A stretch of 64,000 nucleotides of DNA from a bacterium. GTDB taxonomy: Bacteria > Bdellovibrionota_C > UBA2361 > CALJRW01. Below are positions 38,440 to 48,392 of this stretch, in pieces. Made by a program: the position numbers and the translations under genes. The notes under the pieces are model-generated. The model had not been told where the DNA came from and did not search any database. It saw nothing but the letters and a program-made list of their open reading frames with translations. Position 1 is the stretch's first letter, and each line of letters begins with the position of its first letter. The stretch covers positions 32,001 through 96,000 of the forward strand of contig JANNBC010000010.1 in assembly GCA_031385045.1 (NCBI GenBank). Direction: 5' to 3'.

Positions 38440-38584
38440 TATAATAAGTCCCAAAAGTAATTTCCGTTAGGAATTACTTTTGGAACTTATTATCCCCCAG
38501 AGGGATTATAAAATCATATAGTTATGACAAAAATCACTAAACTAACTTTTCATTATTCGGAAATTACTTTTTGTCATAACTATA
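38440..38584. mobile_element. 145-bp structured repeat, MITE-like, copy 1
   Basis: About 92% identical to 63542-63684; TATA termini; imperfect 27-bp TIRs; three internal hairpins. Confidence 0.8.
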
Positions 38585-38629
38585 TAGGAGTTCTATTATT
38601 TCCGAAATAGAGACGTGAATGAGGAGTTC

Positions 38630-39715
38630 TTAATTTAAAGCCAGGTCTGGGTTTTTGACAACTTCTGCAAGCAGATTGATAAATTGTTTACGTGCCAGAG
38701 AGTCTGCCATCCACATGTGTGGACCATCAATTAACTTTTCTTGAACATTATAGACAAAAGCTGTTCGTTCAACCTCGTTCTTGGAGATTGTAAAATCATT
38801 TTTAGTGCCAACAACTGTAATTGGAACTCCACTAGCTTTTACTTGTTCTGGATTGATTGGCATCATTGCTTGAACATTTGCCAAGAAGCTCTCTGGGGAA
38901 AGCTTGCAACCTTTTGGTACGTTTTCTGGGGTAGTTGAGAAAAGGACTTTAGCAGCAACACGCTCATTTTTCATAGCAGTCGTGGCATTAAAAGTTATAT
39001 TAGCTTTTATAAAATCCCAAGGGCTTTGTAGGGCGAAGCGCAGGTTCGCCATCAACATTCCAGCTGGTGGAACTGAGGCTAGTAAAGTAGCGGAAGCAAT
39101 GTTTGCAGAACTTTTAGAGGCAAGATATTTTTGAACCAAATATCCGCCAAAGGAGTGACCTACTAGATGAATCTTAGTAATTCCGCTAGCCTCTAAGCTT
39201 TTAATTACAGTCTCAAGGTTTTTTAAATAGCGAGTTAAGGAGAAGTTAATCTTGGGGCTATTAAGAGAGGCCTCTGTCTTTGACTGATTATTATCCTTGC
39301 TTCTACCATGACCTTCTTGGCTAAACGCAAAGCTATTAATTCCTTGAGCCGCTAATTCTTTCATCGCTGGAAAATTCATTGTGGCAGTTGACCAGAATCC
39401 GGGAACAAATAAAACGGCAGTGTCTTTCTTGACCTCTGGGCCTAGAGCTTTGACTTGAATTACATGGAGTGCAGTTTTATTTTCGGTTTCAATAAAGCCG
39501 TGTGATGGTTCATAATTAAGTTTTCGAGATGGTGGAAGGGAGTCAGTTGTTAAATCGTAAAGTTTGGCTCCTAATCTGTTAGTGACTAATGGTTTTGCCT
39601 CTTTAGACACAACTGAGCCAACTGCATTGGCAGATGGTATTCTTAAAATGTCTTTTACTGTCGAGACCATTATCCCTTTATTCTTTAGATGTTCTATAGT
39701 AGACCGAAGATGCAC
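38630..39715 (-). CDS. Alpha/beta-fold hydrolase
   Basis: LFVPGFW, GHGRS, nucleophile elbow GHSFGG, Asp in KND, His in GPHM; start uncertain. Confidence 0.85.
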   Translation of the reverse strand: MHLRSTIEHLKNKGIMVSTVKDILRIPSANAVGSVVSKEAKPLVTNRLGAKLYDLTTDSLPPSRKLNYEPSHGFIETENKTALHVIQVKALGPEVKKDTAVLFVPGFWSTATMNFPAMKELAAQGINSFAFSQEGHGRSKDNNQSKTEASLNSPKINFSLTRYLKNLETVIKSLEASGITKIHLVGHSFGGYLVQKYLASKSSANIASATLLASVPPAGMLMANLRFALQSPWDFIKANITFNATTAMKNERVAAKVLFSTTPENVPKGCKLSPESFLANVQAMMPINPEQVKASGVPITVVGTKNDFTISKNEVERTAFVYNVQEKLIDGPHMWMADSLARKQFINLLAEVVKNPDLALN

Positions 39716-39771
39716 CCTTAGATCTTACAAGGGAAATTTCGTACTTATTTAACTCATTCTTTAGCTAAATT

Positions 39772-40572
39772 TTGATTAATTTCGATAAAAACTCCTTCCA
39801 GCACTGTTTTGTAGATTGGCATGTGCATTTCTATCCAAATTATGACTATGCTCGAGCTATTGGAGCTGTTTTTAGTAAGCTTAAAGAGTATCGTAAGCAA
39901 GTTGCCGTAGAAAGTGGGGCGCTAGCAATTTTAGTTCTAACGGAACGGGACGATTGTACTTTTTATGGAGACTTAGCCAGTTATTTCATAGACTTAGGCC
40001 CTGCTTTTAAAATAAGCAAATTAGATCTTGGTGTGTTGATCTATAATGCCGAAGATTCGCTAGTAATTTTCCCTGGTCGGCAGATTAATACTAAGGAGCG
40101 AGTGGAGTTACTAAGTCTAGGTAGTGATCACTTGATTCCCTCAGGCTTAGATTTAGCAACTACCCTGCAAAAAATCATTGCTGGTTCGGGGCTTCCCGTC
40201 ATTAATTGGGCACCTGGGAAATGGTTATTCACTAGAGGTCGTTTGATTAAAAAGTTAATCCTAAATTCTAAGGGTAATCTATTTCTTTGTGATACCAGCC
40301 TTCGTCCTAAATACTTTCCTAGACCAAGCTTAATGCGCTTAGCCGAGTCTAGGGGCATTCCTGTGATTAATGGTTCTGATCCCTTGCCCCATGAAGATGA
40401 GCAGGGGCTAATCTTTTCATACCTTGCCTATTATCAGGTGGAGTTTAATCTAGCAGAGCCCTTAGAAAGTTTTAAAAAATTAATTATCCAAAAACCTCAG
40501 CAACTCTTAGGTGCGAGGTCCTCACTTTGGCAATTATTTCAAAGACTAAAACGTTATAAATCTAAAAGTTAA
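39772..40572 (+). CDS. PHP-like metal-binding hypothetical protein
   Basis: VDWHVH near the N-terminus, LTER, GRQI, GSDPLP. Confidence 0.55.
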   Translation: MINFDKNSFQHCFVDWHVHFYPNYDYARAIGAVFSKLKEYRKQVAVESGALAILVLTERDDCTFYGDLASYFIDLGPAFKISKLDLGVLIYNAEDSLVIFPGRQINTKERVELLSLGSDHLIPSGLDLATTLQKIIAGSGLPVINWAPGKWLFTRGRLIKKLILNSKGNLFLCDTSLRPKYFPRPSLMRLAESRGIPVINGSDPLPHEDEQGLIFSYLAYYQVEFNLAEPLESFKKLIIQKPQQLLGARSSLWQLFQRLKRYKSKS

Positions 40573-40577
40573 ATCTT

Positions 40578-41612
40578 ATGCTTGAATCTCAGCGTTCGTT
40601 TAAATCTGATAATTATTCTGGAATTCACCCCGAGGTTTTACAGGCGATAGTTGAAGCTAATCAAGGGCATGCCACTGCCTATGCCGAAGACTCTCTAAGT
40701 ATTGAGGTCAAGGCTTTAATCCAAAAAATATTTCAGAAGCCTTGTGAGGTAGTTTATGTGCTAAATGGCACTGGTGCCAATGTTTTATCATTAAAACTTT
40801 GTTTGCGACCGGGGGAGTCAGTACTACTTGCTGATTCTTCACATTTAAATGTTAATGAAAGTGGAGCACCAGAGTCGGTAACAGGAGCTAAATTATTAGC
40901 AGTGAAAACAAACTCTAATTCAAAAATTACTCCCGAGGCAGTTCGCAAAAAATATCAAGCAGAAACTTTAAACTCTTATCATGCAACCTTGCCTAAAGTC
41001 TTATCAATTTCTCAAGCAACGGAATTAGGGACAGTTTATTCGATTGCCGAATTGCAAGCTTTAAAGACTTTATGTCTAGAGCTTGATTTATATCTGCATA
41101 TTGATGCTTGTCGTATTTATAACGCAGCTGAATATTTAAAGGTGGAATTATCAGAAATTACTTCCCAAGTCGGCGCCGATCTAATTAGTTTTGGGGGGAC
41201 AAAAAATGGAGCGATGTTAGCAGAGGCTGTGGTAATTTTTAACCCGGAACTACAAAAAAACTATCGTTATATTCAAAAAAATACTTTGCAACTTTATTCT
41301 AAAAATCGTTATGCAGCGGCACAATACAAAGCTTTGCTACAAAATGATCTCTGGCTGCGATCGGCAAGGCAAGCAAACTCTTTGGCGCGGAATTTAGAAA
41401 AACAAATTCTTAGCATTCCTAATTTAAAGGTTGTTTATCCAGTTGAGGCAAATATGTTGTTCTTGGAGACGACTAGAGAGTTAGCTAATCTTTTGCTAGC
41501 AAAAGGACTTTGTTATCTCTGGTCAGAAGATCCTTGCGTCGTCCGTTTGGTTTTAAGTTTTGATAATACAGAGGCAGATCTGATTGAATTATTAAATCTG
41601 ATTAATTCCTAA
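40578..41612 (+). CDS. Low-specificity L-threonine aldolase (PLP-dependent)
   Basis: FKSDNYSGIHP, NGTGAN, SQATELGTVYS, LHIDACR, SFGGTKNG. Confidence 0.9.
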   Translation: MLESQRSFKSDNYSGIHPEVLQAIVEANQGHATAYAEDSLSIEVKALIQKIFQKPCEVVYVLNGTGANVLSLKLCLRPGESVLLADSSHLNVNESGAPESVTGAKLLAVKTNSNSKITPEAVRKKYQAETLNSYHATLPKVLSISQATELGTVYSIAELQALKTLCLELDLYLHIDACRIYNAAEYLKVELSEITSQVGADLISFGGTKNGAMLAEAVVIFNPELQKNYRYIQKNTLQLYSKNRYAAAQYKALLQNDLWLRSARQANSLARNLEKQILSIPNLKVVYPVEANMLFLETTRELANLLLAKGLCYLWSEDPCVVRLVLSFDNTEADLIELLNLINS

Positions 41613-42517
41613 TCTAATTCTAAAACCTGCTCTTTTTTCTTTTCAGCTCGGGAGACTAATCCTGAAGTAATAATTACAATTAGTGCTCCAATAATCTGCC
41701 AGAAGCCTAGTCTTTCTCCAAAAAAGACCCAAGCAATCGGGACAGCAATTAATGGACCAGTTGCTCTAAGGGCAGAAGACTTCCAGCCATCTAGTCCTTG
41801 AAGGGAAGCGTAGAGCAGAGGAATTGCAATTACATAAAACATGATCGCGTGAATTCCAATATATCCCCAACCTGCTAAGTGATCCGCCGTGAAAATTAGC
41901 GGACAGAAAAATAATGCCAGTGGTGCCGTTAGTAGACCTCCAGCAGTCTCAGTAATTGTTGATGTTTGAACTGGGGTTAAGAATTTAGTCACTTGCGGTG
42001 CATAACGATAGGAAAGACCTGCCGTGATTACAGCTATAATAATAATTAAGTCTCCAAAATCCACACCACTAACCATAGTTACTTCTCCCATAGACAGTAA
42101 AGCTGCTCCAAGAATATGAATAACTAATAAAAGTAAATGCTTATTGGAGGGTCGTTTTCCATCTAAAACCCAGACCCAGAAAATTACTAAGTAGGGTTCC
42201 ATTTTTGTCAGGATTACTGCTTTAATTCCTGAGCTCATGGAAAGTCCAATTGTAAATAAAATATTAGAAACAACCGGTCGGCAAAGAGTTAGTTTGCAGA
42301 GAGGGATGATTACTTGGCGAATATTTTGCCATTTAGGAATTTGTTTCCGAATAATTAAATAACTCCAAGAGATAATACCTGCAAATAAAACACCAACTGT
42401 TGCCGCTAGGACTGGATCGATCACGGCAACCCCTTGTACCTTAAACAAGGTCGAAGTGCTGGAGAGGCAACTAGAGAGAATTGCAAATAGAATATATCGA
42501 GATGAATTTTGAGACAT
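41609..42517 (-). CDS. DMT/EamA family transporter
   Basis: About ten TM segments, FFGERL; ATG at 42517 overlaps the upstream TAA (TAATG). Confidence 0.85.
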   Translation of the reverse strand: MSQNSSRYILFAILSSCLSSTSTLFKVQGVAVIDPVLAATVGVLFAGIISWSYLIIRKQIPKWQNIRQVIIPLCKLTLCRPVVSNILFTIGLSMSSGIKAVILTKMEPYLVIFWVWVLDGKRPSNKHLLLLVIHILGAALLSMGEVTMVSGVDFGDLIIIIAVITAGLSYRYAPQVTKFLTPVQTSTITETAGGLLTAPLALFFCPLIFTADHLAGWGYIGIHAIMFYVIAIPLLYASLQGLDGWKSSALRATGPLIAVPIAWVFFGERLGFWQIIGALIVIITSGLVSRAEKKKEQVLELD

Positions 42518-45500
42518 TAGACAAGATGTTTTGCTAAAGAGTCTTTGTTGGGGAGTCGTTCTTTTGAAGAGTTCTTCGGAGTTTGTTTTTTTAGTAGCAG
42601 TTTTTTTGCAAAATAAGAATAACAAATTTTTTTGATACCAGTAAGCTTTTGATTAGTTAGTAAGGGGCGTCCCTCCCTATCTATTTCATCTTCTAAGGCT
42701 ACTTCGGCTATATTCATTTGCATTAGGATTTGCATGAAAAATAATAGTTGTTCATCTTCCCAGCTTTTTTGAGAAGTGAAGACTCTTAAGAAGTTTACTT
42801 TTATAATCCTCATTAGTCTTATTTCGGTTAGCGCTCGTGGTGTTAGCTCTGCTTCTATTTTGTTGTCTGCTAGTATTAAATCTTGTAAATCTGAAATTTC
42901 ATAATTTAGAATTTGTTGAGTGATCTTAAAAATTTCTGTTTTTGATTTATCCCTCAGTGGCTCTAGCGCTGAGAGTAGATCTAGTTTGTCGGCAAGAATC
43001 CGTTTTAAATCTTGCAAATCTCCAAGTAGGGCTAGGATTTCAACTCTTGGCTGTGGGTTGTCAATTTGAGTAGGAGAATTCGGAATAATAATTTCGCTTA
43101 CAGAAATTTTATTTAGAAGTAAGATGGTCTGGAGTAAGATATCTAGTTCTTTTAAGGGAGCTAATGGTTTGTTTAAAGTTAACTCTAGATCTTTTAGAAT
43201 GATTTTTTCTAGAATTTGAATTAAGTCTTCACCTGCTAATTCTGCCGTTAGTAGTTTTTTTAGAACTGGTTCTTCTACTAAAAGTAATTCTAATTTTAGG
43301 ATTAATTCTTCTAGTTTTGGTTCAGTGCTTAATCGCTTTGGTGCCAAGAGCAACTCAGCTTCACTAATTGCAAGTGGAGTGCCACGGATACTAGCTTCTG
43401 GAGAAGCTAATCCCGAGGTAGTTTCTAATATTCTCTGGTAGATAGTTTTTGTTATTATTTCTAAATCTTCTTCTTTGAAGTCGGTAATCTCTTTAGTTTT
43501 ATTAGTATCTAAGGAGTCTTTAATTTCAGTTATTAGCTCCATTAGTAATTTTTTAGGACAACTTTCTAGAAATTCTAATATTCTTTCTGCGTCTTGGAGC
43601 CCATCTTCTGTAATCTTAGGGTCTGGGCAACTCTCAATCAGTAGGATTAAGTTTTGTTTTGCTATCTGAGCTTCTATCGGAATATCTGTCTCTGGTAAAT
43701 TTATTAATGTAGCTAGGGCTTTTGCAAGGTTTGGTAAAAACTCTTCGCTAGCTACTTCAATAATTAAATCACCTTCTGAAGAAATAGTTGTGAGTCGCGT
43801 TGCCAATTCCGAATCGACTATAGTTATTACTTGGTTTGATTGACTTTTTATACTGTCAGGAAGTTGTTCCCCTTTTTCAAAAGCTAGATTTGCTGTAGTA
43901 GATAATTGAGTAGTGCTAAGTTCTAGTAAGTGCTTGGAGTTTAAATCAGGCAAAATCTCTTCCTGCCTATGGATTTCTTGCAGACTATTAATTACAAGCG
44001 AATCATTACCTTGGCGTAAGCCATTTTCAGGATTGTCTGGCAGATGGTTTTCTTTTTCAAGAGTTGGGTTTGCTGTAGTAGATAATTGAGTAGTGCTTAG
44101 TTCCAGAAATTGTTTGGAGTTTAAATCAGGCAAAATCTCTTCCTGCCTTTGTATTTCTTGCAGACTATTAATTACAAGCGAATCTTTACCTTGGGGTAAG
44201 TCATTTTCAGGATTGTCTGGCAGATGGTTTTCTTTTTCAAGAGTTAGATTTGCCGTCGTGGGAAGTACAGTTGAGATTTGATCCAGTAGTTGTTGAGAGT
44301 TTGATTCCGGCACTACTTCAGCTCGTCTAATTATTTCTGGTCGGCTATTACTCGCTAGTGGATCGGCGTCTGTTTGATTATTAACCTGGGCATCTCTAGC
44401 ATTTATTAATGATGTAGTTGGAAGTATTGACTGAGTTACAACTACTTCTACTAATTGCTTCAAGTCTGAATCTATTGGTAGCTGTTCCGATTTCACTTTT
44501 TCAAGTAGCTGTCTTTCTTTCTTATTAGAAGGAGGAGGCTCTCCTTCTGAGGGATCTTTTGCTAGATTTAAGGGTGTCGCTTTTTCTGAGGGTAAATCAA
44601 AAAGCGAAGTTGTTGTTCTTAGGGGAATTATTTGTGGGCTGATGAACTCCGGCTCTTTGGTTCTTAGCAACTCTGTTGCGGGCACTTTCAGATCTGCTAC
44701 TTCGCTAATTATTTTTGCTGGTAGTTCTTGTGATGAAGCTAAGGGACTGACGACAGAAGCTTGTGGGGTAATAATAGTTTTAAATTCAATTAAGGGATCA
44801 GATGCTTTTAATTCAAAAACTAAAGGGAGTGCTTCATTAAAATTTATATGCTGATTTGTAGGTGGAACGGCATTAAGGATCTTAGGAGTCTCTGTGTCAT
44901 TTGATGATAGGTCTTGTCGCGCTATGGTTTCATTTGGGAGCATGACAGTTGTTTTTATCTGTAGAGATGGGGAGGTGTCTTCTATTGATAGCGTAGTAGG
45001 TTGAATTTTAGACTTTGGGTTTGTTGGTTCTATTTGTAATTCAGATTTATCCTTAGAGTTGGCGGCCGTAAGACTTTCTGGAGTAATTAGTATTTGTCTT
45101 GACTCTAAAGCTTGAAAGTTGGGACTTTCTTTTGAAGCTACAGGCACTACTTCTTTTTCTGGCTTTTCTAAGTACTTTGTCTCGGATTCTTTCTTTGCTT
45201 GTCCTGAGGTTTTTATTTCACTTGTCGCGATAGATTCGGGAGTATCATTAGCATTTAAGTTAGAAATATTTTTTTCTTTTATCTCAGGTTTACTTTCTTT
45301 TTCAGGGATAGCTATTTCTTTGGTACTCTTAGTAATTTCTCTCTTGGCTGTCTGAGTTGTTCCTTCATTTATTGATTGTTGGGGGGGGGATAATTCTTGT
45401 TGGCGATTAATTGTTGGAAGGGTTGCATCGCTTGGAATTTCTATGGAATAAAATTGAACACTTAATCCCTTGTGACTAGCAACCTCTTGAATTCTTTTTT

Positions 45501-45861
45501 GGGGAATTTGCTCAAAAGATACTGCTAGAATGCCATTTGTTAGAAGTGAGTTATGGTTTTGTAAGCTTAGTTCGGTTAAAATGCCTGTGTCACCGGAGAA
45601 GGCTTCATTGATAATGCGACCCGAGGAATCTTTTTTAAAATTATTTACTAAGCTGTATTTGTCTGAGAAGACTAAAGTTTGCGAGGCGTTCCCTGATTCT
45701 AAGGCTTCTAGTGCCTGAGTAAGTTGAGCTAAATATTCTGGGGGTTCATTTTTATTAACTTCACTAAGCTTTTCTCCAAAGCAGTACCATTCGCCATCAA
45801 TTTTGCGATAATCAATTGTTTCACTACTTGGTGTTTTGGTAGCAATTTCTGGTTCTGGCAT
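42517..45861 (-). CDS. Large acidic low-complexity hypothetical protein with a 60-aa tandem repeat
   Basis: 1114-aa ORF; E/S/T/P-rich middle, L/E-rich helical C-terminus; no signal peptide. Confidence 0.7.
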   Translation of the reverse strand: MPEPEIATKTPSSETIDYRKIDGEWYCFGEKLSEVNKNEPPEYLAQLTQALEALESGNASQTLVFSDKYSLVNNFKKDSSGRIINEAFSGDTGILTELSLQNHNSLLTNGILAVSFEQIPQKRIQEVASHKGLSVQFYSIEIPSDATLPTINRQQELSPPQQSINEGTTQTAKREITKSTKEIAIPEKESKPEIKEKNISNLNANDTPESIATSEIKTSGQAKKESETKYLEKPEKEVVPVASKESPNFQALESRQILITPESLTAANSKDKSELQIEPTNPKSKIQPTTLSIEDTSPSLQIKTTVMLPNETIARQDLSSNDTETPKILNAVPPTNQHINFNEALPLVFELKASDPLIEFKTIITPQASVVSPLASSQELPAKIISEVADLKVPATELLRTKEPEFISPQIIPLRTTTSLFDLPSEKATPLNLAKDPSEGEPPPSNKKERQLLEKVKSEQLPIDSDLKQLVEVVVTQSILPTTSLINARDAQVNNQTDADPLASNSRPEIIRRAEVVPESNSQQLLDQISTVLPTTANLTLEKENHLPDNPENDLPQGKDSLVINSLQEIQRQEEILPDLNSKQFLELSTTQLSTTANPTLEKENHLPDNPENGLRQGNDSLVINSLQEIHRQEEILPDLNSKHLLELSTTQLSTTANLAFEKGEQLPDSIKSQSNQVITIVDSELATRLTTISSEGDLIIEVASEEFLPNLAKALATLINLPETDIPIEAQIAKQNLILLIESCPDPKITEDGLQDAERILEFLESCPKKLLMELITEIKDSLDTNKTKEITDFKEEDLEIITKTIYQRILETTSGLASPEASIRGTPLAISEAELLLAPKRLSTEPKLEELILKLELLLVEEPVLKKLLTAELAGEDLIQILEKIILKDLELTLNKPLAPLKELDILLQTILLLNKISVSEIIIPNSPTQIDNPQPRVEILALLGDLQDLKRILADKLDLLSALEPLRDKSKTEIFKITQQILNYEISDLQDLILADNKIEAELTPRALTEIRLMRIIKVNFLRVFTSQKSWEDEQLLFFMQILMQMNIAEVALEDEIDREGRPLLTNQKLTGIKKICYSYFAKKLLLKKQTPKNSSKERLPNKDSLAKHLV
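43873..44259. repeat. Intragenic tandem repeat, 180-bp period, about 2.1 copies
   Basis: TTAN.TLEKENHLPDNPEN.L.QG.DSLVINSLQEI.RQEEILPDLNSK..LELSTTQLS occurs twice plus a partial third copy; DNA near-identical at offset 180. Confidence 0.92.
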
Positions 45862-45930
45862 TAACCCTCATTTTTCATCAGTGCACGTAGTAGTGCTTTA
45901 CCGATAACACACTGTAATTTTTAAAAATTT

Positions 45931-46007
45931 ATTAATCTCTCATAGCTCATCGGGATTAGAAAGAAATTTTATTTCTTTCTAATCACTGATGAAATATGTG
46001 GGTTAAT
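45931..46007. repeat. Long intergenic inverted repeat
   Basis: 14-bp perfect core GATTAGAAAGAAAT/ATTTCTTTCTAATC, extended by TCATCGG/CTGATGA and ATTAATC/GGTTAAT. Confidence 0.7.
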
Positions 46008-46058
46008 ACCAGTTATAGCATAACTCATTTTTTGAGCTAATTTTCTGATTTTGGTCAA

Positions 46059-48392
46059 TTAGTATTTAGGTACAGCTACTGGAAGTAGTTTAGCACTAAT
46101 TAGTTCTGCTCTTCTAGGGCCGTAGTTTTGCGATGAGGCAATAAAATTATTATTACAGGCAACCCGTGCCCTAACTAAGTTGCACTCTCTTGGAGTATTG
46201 CTTTGCTCCACCTGTAAAGGATCGTCAATTTGAAATAGCCAAGGGTTCGGACCAGCAACTGTCTCTTCAATCTCTGGCATTTTAATATCACTAGCAAGCG
46301 ACTGATACTTTAAATGATAGTCGTGAAAATTTGGAAAGTCTAAATCAGGATTAGCGGTTGTGCTTACAGCGGAGCTTGGTGTTGTGTAAGTATAAGAATG
46401 TAATTGTAATGCTGGTGCTACGGGAGGGGTAGGATTAGCTGGCCCAATATCTAAATCAAAAATATCAATATCTACAAATCCTATGATTTGATAAGGAGCG
46501 TCGATATTAATACTTGGTTTTGATTTGTTTCTTCCAATGCAAGGCGAGGCATATTGACCTACTTCGGCAATGATTGGGATTTTAGTTTGCCAGATATTAT
46601 TTAGTTTGTCAGGGTTTTTTGGTTTGGGAGTAACGGTAAAGGATTGTCCAGTATAATCTTTAAATTCATCTTGTTTATTTGGAGTGTATTCGCTTGGCTC
46701 AAAATGTTTTTTTTGTTCATTAAGATCAGTTAAGCAGCCGGCCACATTACTAGCCGTTAGCAGATCTGTTCCATTGCAATCGAGTTTCATTCTTCTTGAT
46801 TGGCATAATCCATTACTAAATTGATCGCGAAGTAATGTTGGATAGCTAATTTGATCTATCTTTGTAGGGTCGTTATTTTCCAGTCTGGCTTCGTTAAAGA
46901 ATATCTTAGCTGGTTTGGTAAATAAATTTGTTGCTAGGTTAATAGGAGGAAGGATATTAACTGGCAGTCTTGTATAGGGAAGTGGCCTGTCAGGTAGTAA
47001 CTCTAAATTTGGAAAGTTGGCTAGACTGGCAAGCCCTAAAGTTCGATTAGAACTCATTGTGATTTCATTCTGCAGAAAATCCAATTTCCCAAAGAAGTAA
47101 GAAGTTTTCGCTTGTTTTTGAGTCATAATATCCCAGATGGCATCCCCACTAATTTTATGGGTTAATCCCTGATGGAAAATATTAAATTCTTGACCAATCA
47201 CTGCCTCTGTTTGATTAAAATAGATTAAATCCATAGCTAGCTGAGATTCGCTGGTAACATTAATCTTAGTTGATCCAACAACGCCATAATGATCGCTGAT
47301 GTGGCTGTAGGCATAATTGCTCCAACCACCAAAGGTTTTATACTCATTACTATAGCTAGAATTGTCCGGATCTAAGCTATAGTTTAATTCTCGCTTAATA
47401 TTACATTCATTAATATCTTTACTACATGGCCCATAGAAAAAAGATGGTCTAACGCCAAATAGATTCTTTTTAAATGCTTCTGATCTTTTCTGTTCAGCAT
47501 CAGCACGATCTTTATATCCGTAATAACTCAGGTAGTCGTTGGCAACTCCATTTTTTGGCTTGATAAATGGACCCACGCCTTCCAAGGCTTCCTCGTAGCT
47601 AACTGAGAATGGTAAGAAGTTTTTTACTGCTGGTAGGTAACGATCTGATCTTGTAAACAATCGATCGCCGTAACAAATATCTGCCGGGTTAAAACTACCT
47701 TCTTCGTTTAGTAAAGCACAGGCTGGAATAGCAAAAGGAGCAATTGGAACGTTATTAATTGGACCAGAGCGAGCTATCGCTTTTGCTTTAATTAATGCTG
47801 AGTTAGAATTTCCAACTTCGAAGCCCACAATGCTACTAATACCTTTAAGTGTCATTTCCACGACTAAAGAATTAATTACTAATTGTGCTGGGATTCCAGG
47901 GTTCTCCTCCTGCCATAGAAGATTCACTTCTTCAAAGTACTGCTTGTCAGTCTCTGGTTTTTCTCGACTAATCCAGCCATGGTAAATTACTACTTCTAGA
48001 TCATTATCTTCAGATATATAGCTCGTACGATTCGTTTTAGATTGCGGATTAACAGGTGGTAGAACTTTTAATGAGATTTGATGATAGCCTTTGTTATGTA
48101 AACTAAAGTTATGACCAATTGTTGTTAGCGCCGCCTTATAGGCATTTTCTAGGCAGGCATCTTCTGGGCAAAGTTGTTGAGTGCCAGCAATTGCCGCTGC
48201 TTCAGCAATTGATTGGAGCTGAGTATAGGCCGCTAGGCGAGCATTGTTAAAATATAAATATCCAACTGTAGATAGAACTAAGAGAATACTTACTGCCATC
48301 CAGATAAAAAAGCTACCTGATTCATCTTGAGTTCTGATTTGTAGCAAGACACCACTATGATTATTTAAATTATTTTGATAATGGGCAATCAT
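46059..48392 (-). CDS. TadG-like pseudopilin with a large Cys-containing C-terminal domain
   Basis: ESG-SFFIWMAV hydrophobic N-terminus, QLQSIAEAAAIAG, AKAIA, IAPFAIPAC, IIGFV. Confidence 0.7.
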   Translation of the reverse strand: MIAHYQNNLNNHSGVLLQIRTQDESGSFFIWMAVSILLVLSTVGYLYFNNARLAAYTQLQSIAEAAAIAGTQQLCPEDACLENAYKAALTTIGHNFSLHNKGYHQISLKVLPPVNPQSKTNRTSYISEDNDLEVVIYHGWISREKPETDKQYFEEVNLLWQEENPGIPAQLVINSLVVEMTLKGISSIVGFEVGNSNSALIKAKAIARSGPINNVPIAPFAIPACALLNEEGSFNPADICYGDRLFTRSDRYLPAVKNFLPFSVSYEEALEGVGPFIKPKNGVANDYLSYYGYKDRADAEQKRSEAFKKNLFGVRPSFFYGPCSKDINECNIKRELNYSLDPDNSSYSNEYKTFGGWSNYAYSHISDHYGVVGSTKINVTSESQLAMDLIYFNQTEAVIGQEFNIFHQGLTHKISGDAIWDIMTQKQAKTSYFFGKLDFLQNEITMSSNRTLGLASLANFPNLELLPDRPLPYTRLPVNILPPINLATNLFTKPAKIFFNEARLENNDPTKIDQISYPTLLRDQFSNGLCQSRRMKLDCNGTDLLTASNVAGCLTDLNEQKKHFEPSEYTPNKQDEFKDYTGQSFTVTPKPKNPDKLNNIWQTKIPIIAEVGQYASPCIGRNKSKPSINIDAPYQIIGFVDIDIFDLDIGPANPTPPVAPALQLHSYTYTTPSSAVSTTANPDLDFPNFHDYHLKYQSLASDIKMPEIEETVAGPNPWLFQIDDPLQVEQSNTPRECNLVRARVACNNNFIASSQNYGPRRAELISAKLLPVAVPKY

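Noticed and set aside
42518..42625. N-terminal extension of the EamA ORF
   Set aside because: Overlaps the upstream gene by over 100 bp; ATG at 42517 with TAATG coupling is more plausible.
43873..44259. DGR template/variable repeat pair
   Set aside because: The repeats are tandem and in-frame within one ORF, differences are not adenine-specific, and there is no reverse transcriptase in the window.
43475..45718. Several plus-strand ORFs antisense to the 1114-aa gene
   Set aside because: Ser/Phe/Leu-rich shadows of the Glu/Lys-rich sense strand. The same applies to other short nested ORFs in the track (e.g. 10136-10555, 4911-5234, 21371-21634).
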